A stretch of DNA of 64,000 nt, from the NCBI RefSeq assembly GCF_009914755.1, contig NC_060936.1. One strand, written 5' to 3'. Positions 1-10,916 of the stretch are shown here, piece by piece (the first letter of the stretch is position 1; each line of letters opens with the position of its first letter). A program made the translations under genes and the position numbers. The notes below the pieces were generated by a model that saw only the letters and a program-made list of their open reading frames with translations, was not told the origin of the DNA and searched no databases. The DNA comes from the human T2T-CHM13v2.0 reference genome, Homo sapiens.

Positions 1-2676
1 ATCAAAGAAGCTAAAAGTTAAAAGTTAAATGTAGTTTTTCCTTTTTTTTTTTCCCCCATGACTCATATACATTTTAGCAATCCATATTTACTGTGCATTC
101 TACTCTGAGGTTGGATTTAAAGTATTATGACCTTAAACACCTAGCAGAGGTAACATACCTGTTTGATCAGCAAACACAGGCAAAAATGTCTATATTATAT
201 TTAATGACATAATCATACAGAAAGAAGCAGATCCTACACCTTTAACTTTAAGCCACATGCCAGGTCCAATAATTCAAGACTCACTAGCTGGATTTGGCGG
301 GACACGTTACCTGCTCCAGATGGCTAGAGCTTTTTACCAATTTGTATGGAGAAGGCTTCTGAGACTTTTCATGGGACCAGTTTCTAAACATTTTTTTCTT
401 TCTGATGACAGTCATCTCCCTGAATTTTGTATTTCCAGAAGATAAATATCAAGTTCTAGAGAAGTCAGGATAGGAAATTTACATCTCAAAAGCACAGAGA
501 AAGAATGCAAGTTTTTTCATGTAGTTTGAGGAATGTTCACCTATTAACAGAGATCAGTCTTATAAAGGATGTGGACTAGATTTTAGGCTGGTAACTGAGG
601 ATCTAGTGTATGAATGTCTTCAAAGCCCCCTATGAGTGGTACAAAAAGTACATAAATGAGCCTAGGCAAAAATTCAGGAGTCCATTCAAAATAACCAGCT
701 GATCCCATTATTACATTGGGTTTTGGGTCTCTTAGAGCTGAGGTAAAAGCCTAAGAGGACAACATCCCATAGTTGGGTCATACAACATTTTCACAATGTA
801 CCTTGTTGCATGGGCATTTTCTTGAGGCTAGTGTGTAACCTAATGTCAATTAGCCCATTTTGTGTCCCGCTTATCCTAACTCAGGAGTCTCTGTCTTTGT
901 GTGCATGTGTGTGGTAAGCACTCTAGTAGCTTTCAAGTGCGCAAACCATGCACACCATCAAATTGTGGCTTTGGCTCCGAAATTCCTTTGACCAACTTAG
1001 CCAATGATTTTCCCATTCTGTCTGACCCAGTCAAACACCTGAGGCTTCTCTTATGTGAGGGCACAAGAAACAAAGAGGATGGAAACAAGATATAATACCT
1101 GTGAATTTGGAAAACTGGAGTTCACATCCCCTATAGCAAAAACCACTTACAAACCACTTACAGCAACCGCTGTCTGTTGTATTGAAAACTGCAGCTCTAC
1201 CCAGTAACTGGTCAACCACCATGAATCCAAAAGTCAAATGCCTTCTCACAGCACAAACTAACCCTTGGTACCCCAAATGCCAAAGATATCAGGGAGCTCA
1301 ATGCCAAAGAGAACAGAGGTCCAGATGTGAGAAGGACTAACTCATGACTCTTAGGGAAGACACAGGACCAAATGAGGAAGACAGAGGACCACAAAAAGGA
1401 GGTCAGGGGCACCTTTCCTGTGTTTTTCAAGGGGTCTCAGAGTCTTTAGAGGTCTCCTTCCGGTCCCTATGTATGATTACCAGAATGCTGATGTTTTCTC
1501 TTAGTAATTTTTTATCTGCTGACCAACAAATGGAGGAGGGAAGGAGTTGAAGGCCCACTCAAGGAAACTGAAGGGAAGATAGACGGTGGCACAAGGAGGA
1601 TACAGGAGCAGAAGAAATGGAAAGAAGAGGTTTAGAGGAGTCAATCTGGGGAGATCTTAAGTTCACCAAAAAGGCCAATAAAGTTCCACATTGTCCTCAA
1701 CAAAAATCACACTAACAAGGAAGGAAGTAAACAGAAAAACAGAATATGTAGTTAGCAGGAGTTTGAGAAAAGGAGTTTCAGTTGACTGTGAAGTTCCCAT
1801 GGGAGAAGCAGGATCCAACAGAGAAACTCAGACACCTTAGAAAAAGCCTGAATATCAGCTTCCACTTAAATTGACTTTTCACCATACAGCCTTTTAAAAA
1901 AATCCTTTCAAATGTCTTATTATCAGATTTCAGCCAGGACAAACAACAAATAATTCTGATTTTTTTCCTTTTCCTTTTAAACCAAAGGAAGGTATCCATC
2001 AAGTAACTCAGAACCAAAACCAGTAAGTCTTTTACGACTTAACCAGTGATGAGAGAGACGTCCTCAAGAGGGTGCGAAAAGGTACAGTCCTCCAAAGACT
2101 CAGAACCACTCCCAAAAGAAAAGTCAAAAGAACGAAAGACCTTTGCTACCACAGGACCAAGCAATGATGGTGGAGATGACAAAAGCCCCTTTGAATTGGG
2201 ACTTTTTATAAGAAAAAAAAAAAAATCCCCTGAGAGCTGGCACGATAAAACAGAGAGCATTCAGGGACCTCATCCACTGGCTGCCTGACACAAGCCAACA
2301 CTTGTGCTCTCTGGCTGACAGAGATCAGGGGGGATATTCTCACAAGTCTTAAGGCCGAACTCTCAGGATGTAAAAACGAGACAAACAGGAAAGACAAAGA
2401 CAACTGTCCCTGAGAGGGAAAGGATCCATAACAAATGGGTACCCCAAGGCTAAATTTACACAACAGTCACAATCCAAACAAATGATTTTCTCCTGCTAAC
2501 CTGAATTTGGAAAGGAACAAATACAGATAAAATTTTACCATCTATTCTCAACCAGGCATTATAGACAGAGACCAGGGAAGAGCTGATGTTAGTAAATAAT
2601 TCTCCCTTTGCCGGCTTTTGGTCAGTTGTCCTAGGATCTCACCTGCAGGCACTGGAGTGAGTCAGTTGCCTCAGCC
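1..2676 (-). mobile_element. ERV1 (MER4-group-like) internal proviral sequence, degenerate, continues off the left edge
   Basis: Lies directly 3' (minus strand) of an LTR and primer-binding site; no long gag/pol ORF remains. Family assignment is by recall only. Confidence 0.6.
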
Positions 2677-2694
2677 GCTCCACATTGAACACCA
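2677..2694 (-). other. Retroviral primer-binding site, tRNA-Lys(CUU)-like
   Basis: Minus strand reads TGGTGTTCAATGTGGAGC, versus the Lys1,2 PBS TGGCGCCCAACGTGGGGC (13/18, all differences are transitions); it lies a few nt after the LTR end. Confidence 0.6.
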
Positions 2695-2698
2695 GAGT

Positions 2699-3383
2699 TA
2701 CAAGCGCAGAAAAGGTATGACACCTTTCCTACCTATCAAAAGGGTCACAACCAACACTCCTACAAGAAAAGGTTAACAAGAAAAGCATAACAGATTTATT
2801 TAATCAAAGTTTTATGTGACACAATAGCCTTCAGAAATGAAGGCCCACAGACCCAAGAGGAAAACTGTCCATTTTTATGCTTAGATTTGATGAAGAATAG
2901 ACAGTTATACAGAAGTGTGATTGGGCAAAAAGGATATGACCTAATGGTAATAGACTGAGTAGGGAAATGCAGTAAGGCCTGTCCTCATTCTTCCTGACCT
3001 CTCTGTGTAGCATTCTTTCCTCATGGGTATAGGGCAAGACCCCTTCTGAAATGAGGGTCTTGTGACCTACCATTAGACAAAGTAGGTCACAGAATTTCTT
3101 TACAGCCAGCCTCTACACAGAAAGGTGGGGAAAGGTCAGAATAATATTTCCAGGTTTTATATCTGGCTTTTGGGGATAGAAGTTCTAATTTCTATGAACC
3201 ACCTTGGTGAAGAGGAATTCTAGTTTCTATGGCCTGCCTTAGGGGAAAATGGGAAGCAGGAGAAAGAAGGGTAGGAGAATGTCAGAAAGATCTTGCATCT
3301 GAGTTCAAAGTATTTGCTTCAGTCCAAAGTACTGAGAATGCCAAAGTACCATACTTTAAGAAATAATTTTCTGAGCCCCAACA
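2699..3383 (-). mobile_element. ERV1 LTR, MER39-like (5' LTR of the provirus)
   Basis: Minus strand starts TGTTGGGGCTCAGAAAA and contains GGCCATAGAAACTAGAATTCCTCTTC and an ATTAAATAAA polyA region, resembling the MER39 consensus as I recall it. Confidence 0.7.
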
Positions 3384-4984
3384 ATCCTAATTTGAAAAGT
3401 TAATTTATAGGATTCAACCTTTTTTATATCAGAGATGCTAGCTGGGTAGAGGTGTACAACAATGAATGAAAACAGAAATTTTTGTTACTGTAGAACTCTT
3501 TTTGAGGAAGTCAAGAATATTTATGAGTATGCCTTTTCTTCACAGCTTAACTAAAGGTCTGTTAACAAATGTAATAGAGTTAGGCAGTATCTTTGAGATA
3601 AGGTACCTCAAAAGTCCCCAAAGGTTCTTCCAAAAACACTGTCACTGCCAAAAAAGGTTCTATAATCACATAAGTTTAGGAAATTCTCCCTGTTCTCTTC
3701 CCACTTTGGAGACACATATCATGACATCTAGTCCACAAAGTCCAGCAGGAGAGACCTCTTCAATTTCATAAACATATTTAACTACAAACACTTTATATCA
3801 ATAGTGCCTAATAATAGTCTAGAAATCAGAACTCGTAATCGTAATACTATTTAGGCAATGTTGATCTGGTATAAAACCCTTATTTTACAGATATTTTTAA
3901 AAGTAAGAGTCACAGAAGTTAAATAGCTATCTAGTTCAGATACTCTAGACAGAGCCAAATGAACCCAATCTCCCAATTCCACGTTTCTTCCATGACTCAT
4001 TCTTTACATGCCAGGCATTTAACCTAATCATCACTTTGTAATTTAAAATTTCCCCATCCAGCCTCAAATACATGTTTGTTTGTTTGTTTGTTTAAGCACA
4101 CAATAATATACATTTTGAGCATATCCAAAGCTTATCTATCACCCTGGATAACTTTCTGTAAGTGCCTCCCTGTTTATAAAATTAAAAACACTGAATCTGA
4201 TAGCAAATAACCTGAGGCCTCTGTGATAAATGAGACAGGGCTTCGGGGCGTTTCAGCCAGCCTCCCCTGAGACTAGGTTTAAGACATCTCCATCTTATGT
4301 GAAGACTTAAATTGTGTTGTAGCAGCTTCAGTGAAATTATTTTTAATGCCCATTTGAGATTTTTTAGAAATAATAGAGCTTTTATGCAGGCATTCGAGGC
4401 AGAATCCTTAATGAGGTAAGGCATGAGGAATGAATTCAGAAGGAAGATTTTCATGATTGGAGGAGCTATGCGTCATACCTAATGTACATTCCAGGAATAT
4501 TTTATTTAAAGCAAAATTAGTGAAATATCAATCTGTGGAATTCTACAAGAAATTCATTTTATAACTCCTCCATTATTCCTGTCATCAGTAACTTCATTTT
4601 TCACATATGAGAAGTTCTCACGTAAATGTCCTGAATATCTAAACCAATGTATTCAGTGCCCAGAATATATTATACATCCAGGATTCACAATATTCACTTA
4701 AATATGATGATTAGAGCAAATTTGTCAGTTAAAAAATAGCAGCAGTATTTAGCTGCATTTGAGGGAATGTGATCTGAAGTACCACAGCAACCTTTCTTAA
4801 GCCCCAAGCAATGCAAAGTCATGACATGTACGGGTTCAGAGACACAGAGCTGATTGAGCAAAATACATATCCCAAAGATTAATGGTCATCTGAAAGAAGA
4901 TAAAAGATTTATTGTAAGTTTTTATTTGACATAGTGTCACACAAAAGTGATCTATGATGTCTTCAATAACAACCACCACCACAA

Positions 4985-5225
4985 AATAATGGCTAACACA
5001 TCTAATGCTCACTGTGTACCAGGCACAGTTCTAAGCACTTTCTATATAATCACTCATTTCATTATCATAACATCTCCATGAAATAGTACTACTATTATCT
5101 CCACTTAACATCTATTGAAACTGAGATGCAGAGAGTTTAAGTAACTTGCCAAAGGTCACACAGCTAGTAAGAAACAACACATAGGTTGGATTCGAATCCT
5201 CAAAGTCCAGCTCCAAAATCCGCAA
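4985..5225 (-). mobile_element. MIR SINE
   Basis: Core motif GAAACTGAGATGCAGAGAGTTTAAGTAACTTGCCAAAGGTCACACAGCTAGTAAG. Confidence 0.8.
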
Positions 5226-5837
5226 TGTCTGAGCCTTACTAAATGCCAAGCACCATGAGAGGTTCTTTCTTGCATTACCTCATTTCATTATGCTTATTTA
5301 ACTTTATTTTTAGGATAAAATCAACTGTAAAATGTTTTTCTCTTTCATTTACAAGTTTGCATGGCTTGTGGCTACATCCTTGAATTTATCAGTAAATCTC
5401 CAATATAATAAAAACCAGCTGTGTTCCACCTGAAACATTAAAACATTATTCTTTGCATTGCGTAAGTTAAAAAAACTGTTTAGTTTCTACTTCTCTAGCC
5501 TTTCTTGAGTAAGCAGCTACGGGTAGTAAAGCATACAGGACAAAGAGATATCTCAGGATCCAGCTCACCCAATGAGGGAGCTACAAAAGACAGCAAGGAA
5601 GGCCTTCAAGTAATGAGTTAGCAAGCTGTCTAGTGATAACCCTGAGCCAATGGGAATGCCCTTGGGATGTGTCCTATGCTTAATTCAAATATCTGTGGCA
5701 CAGCATAGCATCCTTGAACTGGGAGAAACCTCTTTGTAGCATTACCACCAATCTTTCCTAAGTAAAGTTAGCCATTTCCACCTCAGTGAGGCTAATCTTC
5801 AAGTAATTTCTATTGTTGAGTAAAGAAGGCATTTTCG

Positions 5838-6560
5838 ACTATTATTCAAAAGTCAAAAAAATAACAGACGCTGGCAAGGTTGTGGAGAAAAAGAAATGCT
5901 TATACCAACGCTGTTAGTAGCAGTGTAAATTAGTTCAGCCATTGTGGAAGACAGTGTGATGATTTCTCAAAGACCTAAAGTCAGAAATATCATTCAACCC
6001 AGCAATCCCATTGCTGGGTATATATCCAAAGAATATAAATTGTTCCATTATAAAATACATGCACACATATGTTCACTGCAGCACTATTCATAATAGCAAA
6101 AACTTGGAATCAACCCAAATGCCCATCAATGATACAATGGATAAAGAAAATGTGGTACATATACAACACAGAATACCATGCAGCCATAAAAAAAGAATGA
6201 GATCATGTCCTTTTCAGGGACATGGATGGAGGTGGAGGCCATTATCCTTAGAAAATGGATGCAGGAACAGAAAACTAAGTATTGTCTGTTCTCACTTATA
6301 AGTGGCAGCTAAATGATGAGAATACATGGACACATAGAGGAGAACAACGCACACTGGGGCTTATCAGGGGGTAGAGGGTAGGAGGAGGGAGAGGATCAGA
6401 AAATAACTAATGGATACTAGGCTTAATACTTTGGTGATGAAATAATCTGTACAACAAACTCCCATGACACACGTTTACTTATGTAACAAACCTGCACATC
6501 CTGTACATGCACCCCTAAACTTAAAAATAAAGTCAAAATATATGCATGGAAAAAAAAAAG
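5838..6560 (+). mobile_element. L1 3' fragment (old primate L1PA15/16-like)
   Basis: ORF2 end plus 3' UTR motifs (CAGCAATCCCATTGCTGGGTATATATCC, GTAACAAACCTGCACATCCTG) and an A-rich tail. Confidence 0.85.
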
Positions 6561-6817
6561 TCCTGCCAATGCCTGAAACTCAACATACTCCAAATTAAAT
6601 TTACCCTATCCTATTCCAAAAAGTCAACTTTATTTTCAAAGTTTTCTAAATATCCCAGATTTAAATGATTCTTTGATTCCTAATTTTTTTTTTCACCTTG
6701 CATATTAACCAGTCACTGGAACCCAACATTCATTCATTTATTTTTCTTCACAACGTCTCTCAGATTATCTTTCCTTTCTGCTTTCGAGGCAAAACAGCAT
6801 ACTTGAAAATCCATAGA

Positions 6818-7115
6818 GGCTGGGCATGGTGGCTCACAACTGTAATCCCAGCACTTTGGGAGTCCAAGGTGGGCAGATCACCTGAGGCTGAGAGTTCGAG
6901 ACCAGCCTGGCCAATATGGCAAAACCCCGTCTCTACCAAAAATACAAAAATTAGCCTGGCGTGGTGGTGCATGCCTGTAGTCCCAGCTACTTAGGAGACT
7001 GAGACATGAGAATCACTTGAATGCAGGAGGCGGAGGTTGCAGTGAGTTGAGATCACACCACTGCAATCCAGCCTGGGTGACAGAGTGAGACTCTGTGTCA
7101 AAAAGAAAAGAAAAG
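6818..7115 (+). mobile_element. AluS element
   Basis: Dimeric Alu starting GGCTGGGCATGGTGGCTCAC, with A-rich linker and tail. Confidence 0.95.
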
Positions 7116-7162
7116 GAAGGGAAGAGGAGGGGAGGGGAGGGAAGGGGAGGGGAGGGGAGGGA
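7116..7162 (+). repeat. (GGGGA)n-type purine repeat grown from the Alu tail
   Basis: GGAAGGGAAGAGGAGGGGAGGGGAGGGAAGGGGAGGGGAGGGGAGGG. Confidence 0.85.
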
Positions 7163-7807
7163 AAATCAAGCCCACACATAGGAGTTAATGTAGGTCCTGG
7201 ATTTTCCATGTACTAACAGCAAAGAAAAAAAAAAGAATTCTCAGTAGAGGATTTCCACTTCCTTTCTACTTTCACATGACTGTTCCTATACAAATGCACC
7301 AACAATTTTATTGAAAATGGTTTTTTTTACATGTAGTATATTTATGTGATCTCTACTGTTGGATCTCTCTATTGTGTATGTTTATACTGAACCAAATCTT
7401 TCAGTGACTCTGTTCATGCTTTTCACTCATTTCATCCATTTCTCATTATTTCATTATTCTTCCCATCTCAAATCAGTAGTAATATTTCTAGGATTTTCAT
7501 AATTCAAAGAGAGTGAAAATATTCCTTTCGGTTCTCTTAATTAATTCTTCCTCAGGAAAAAAAAAAAAAGTTGCTTTAGTTTAAGGTTTTTCCAGTCTAG
7601 AATGAAATGAATCTCAAGAAATCTCAAGGATCTCCAATGAAAGGGGAGAACTTGCACCCCCACCTTGAAAATTACTTCTTACGCAATGATTCCATCCATT
7701 ACTGATATATTGTATCATGAAAATAGTGTTTATAAAAACTATGGGAAATTTTGAAAAATGCTTGTTAACTGCAAAAGCAGAATTCCAAAGTGTTTACACA
7801 GATGACA

Positions 7808-7880
7808 TTAGGTAGGTAGGTAGGTAGGCAGATAGATTACACAGACAGACAGACAGACAGACAGATAGATACACACACAT
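7808..7880 (+). repeat. Compound (TAGG)n/(GACA)n/(GATA) microsatellite
   Basis: Tetranucleotide runs directly visible. Confidence 0.9.
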
Positions 7881-8168
7881 AAACTCATGCATAGAAAAAA
7901 ATCAAGAAAAAATCATCAACATAAATTTGTTGGGATAATATGACTTGTTGTCCTTTCTTATATTTCTCCTCATTTTTCAACTTCTTTGAATAATCACATG
8001 GCACATTCAATAGTTAAAAAAAATGAACATTTACTTTGCAGAATACTTACACATCAGGCAACAAAATATCACTTTCTTCCAAAGTACTGAAATTTCTCTG
8101 AATCTAGCCCTGTAGCTAAACAAACCTCCCTGACAATGTAATGTTCTGGTTTGGGAGTCTGTCTTTAC

Positions 8169-10497
8169 AAATCCATCACATAAACAGAACCAATGACAAA
8201 AACCACATGATTATCTCAATAGATGCAGAAAAGGACTTCAATAAAATTCAACACCCCTTCATGCTAAAAACTCCCAGTAAACTAAGTATTGATGTAACAT
8301 ATCTCAAAATAATAAGAGCTATTTATGACAAACCCATAGCCAATATCATACTGAATAGGCAAAAGCTGGAAGCATTCCCTTTGAAAACCAGCATAAGATA
8401 AGGATTCCCTTTCTCACCACTCCTATGCAACACAGTATTGGAAGTTCTGGCCAGGGCAATCAGGCAAGAGAAAGAAATAAAGGGTATTCAAATAGGAAGA
8501 CAGGAAGTCAAATTGTCTCCGTTTGCAGATGACATGATTCTATATTTAGAAAACCCTATCATCTCAGCCCAAAAACTTAAGCTGATAAGCAACTTCAGCA
8601 AAGTCTCAGGGTACAAAATCAATGTGCAAAAATCACAAGCATTCCTATACACCAATAATAGACAAGCAGAGAGCCAAATCATGAGTGAACTCCGATTCAC
8701 AACTGCCACAAAGAGAATAAAATGTCTAGGAATACAACTTACAAGGGATGTGAAGGACCTTTTCAAGGAGAACTACAAACCACTGCTAAAGGAAATCAGA
8801 GAGGACACAAACAAATGGAAAAACGTTCCATGCTCATGGATAGGAAGAATCAATATCGTGAAAATAGCCATACTGCCCAAAGTAATTTATAGAGTCAATG
8901 CTATTCCCATCAAGCTACCATTGAATTTCTTCACAGAATTAGAAAAAACTACTTTAAATTTCATATGGAACCACAAAAGAGCCTGCGTAGCCAGGACAAT
9001 CCTAAGCAAAAAGAACAAAGCTGGAGGCATCACGCTACCTGACTTCAAACTATACTACAAGGCTACAGTAACCAAAACAGCAGGGTACTCGTACCAAACC
9101 AGATATACAGACCAATGGAACAGAACAGAGGCCTCAGAAATAACGCCACACATCTACAACCACCTGATCTTCAACAAGCCTGAAAAAAACAAGCAATGGG
9201 GAAAGGATTTTCTATTCAATAAATGGTGCTGGGAAAACTGGCTAGCCATAGGCAGAAAACTGAAACTGAACCCCTTTCTTACATCTTATACAAAAATTAA
9301 CTCAAGATGGATTAAAGACTTAAATGTAAAACCTAAAACCATAAAAACCCTAGAAGAAAACTTAGTCAATACCATTCAGGACATAGACATGGGCAAAGAC
9401 TTCATGACTAAAACACCAGAACCAATGGCAACAAAAGCCAAAATTGACAAATAGGATCTAATTAAACTAAAGAGCTTCTGCACAGCAAAAGAAGCTATCA
9501 TCGGAGTGAACAGGCAACCTACAGAATGAGAGAAAATTTTTGCAATCTATCCATCTGACAAGGGCTAATATCCAGAATCTACAAGAACTTAAACAAATTT
9601 ACAAGAAAAAAAAACAAACAACCCCATCAAAAAGTGGGTAAAGGATAGGAAAAGATACTTCTCAAAAGAAGACATTTATGTGGCCAAAAAACACATGAGA
9701 GAAAGCTCATCATCACTGGTCATTAGAGAAATGCAAATCAAAACTACAATGAGATACCACCTCATGACAGTTAGAATGGCAATCATTAAAAAGTCAGGAA
9801 ATAACAGATATGGGTGAGGATGTGGAGAAATAGGTACACTTTTACACCATTGGTGGGAGTGTAAATTAGTTCAACCATTGTGGAAGACAGTGCAGCAATT
9901 CCTCAATGATATAAAACCAGAAATACCATTTGAGCCAGCAATCCCATTACCAGGCATATACCTAAAGTATTATAAATCATTCCACTATGACGACACACAT
10001 GGATGTTTATTGTAGCACTATTTACAATAGCAAAGACTTGGAACCAACCCAAATGCCCATCAATGATAGACTGGATAAAGAAAATGTGGCACATATACAC
10101 CATGGAATACTATGCAGCCATAAAAAAATGAGTTCTTGTCCTTTGCAGGGACATGGATGAAGCTGGAAACCATCCTCAGCAAACTAACACAGGAACAGAA
10201 AACCAAACACCACACATGTTCTCACTCATAAATGGGAGTTGAACAATGAGAACACATGGACCTGGGGAGGGGAACATCACACACTGGGGCCTTTCAGGGG
10301 TTGGGGGAAAAAGGGAGGGAGAGCATGAGGACAAATACCTAATGCATGCAGGGCTTAAAACCTAGATGATGGGTTGATAGGTGCAGCAAACCACCATGGC
10401 ACATGTCTACCTATGAAACAAACCTGCACTTTCTGCACATGTATCCCAGAACTTAAAGTAAGATTTAAAAAAAAAAACAAAACAAAGCAAAACAAAT
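8169..10497 (+). mobile_element. 5'-truncated L1PA (about L1PA7-8) with ORF2 RT/C-terminal remnant
   Basis: ORFs 8141-8401 and 8438-9454 translate to L1 ORF2 (FADDMILYL motif, WCWENW). In-frame stops are present, followed by the 3' UTR and A tail. Confidence 0.95.
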
Positions 10498-10569
10498 ATA
10501 CATAAACATAGATACACACTTAATACAATCAGGTAGGCATATACTGAGTGATTTTTAATGTAAATTAAA

Positions 10570-10908
10570 TCACATCAATATTTGTTTAAAATCCTCCAAT
10601 AGCCTCTCTTTTGAATTGAAATAAGTCAGAACTCTTTACCTAGATGTACAAAGTCCAATACAATTTAGCTCCTAACCACCTCTTTGACCTCAATCCCTAA
10701 TGCTTTCCATAACTCACTCTAGGGCAGCTCCTTTGGCTTCATTTGTGCTTCTTTCTGCCTAATAGAGATTTTCTGATGGCTGACCCCTTCCTGTCATTAG
10801 GTATCAACTCAAACATCACCTTCCCAGGGAGGCCTCCATTTACTACACAGTCTAGTCTGTCATCCATTTCTTTTCCCCAGCACTGTTTCCATCACCTTTA
10901 AAAGCTTT
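10570..10908 (+). mobile_element. L2 fragment, split by the L1 insertion (continues at about 18080-18225)
   Basis: L2-like motifs TCAACTCAAACATCACCTTCCCAGGGAGGCC here, and CATAGCACCTATCA...AACAGTGTCTGATACATAG...CAATAAATA after the L1. Confidence 0.6.
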
Positions 10909-10916
10909 TGTATGTA

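Noticed and set aside
4180-4900. Repeat-free stretch as a possible conserved enhancer
   Set aside because: Only weak motif hints; conservation cannot be judged without alignments.
8438-9454. 338-aa ORF, the longest in the window
   Set aside because: L1 ORF2 remnant in a 5'-truncated element, bounded by stops and lacking the endonuclease domain and promoter; not a host gene.
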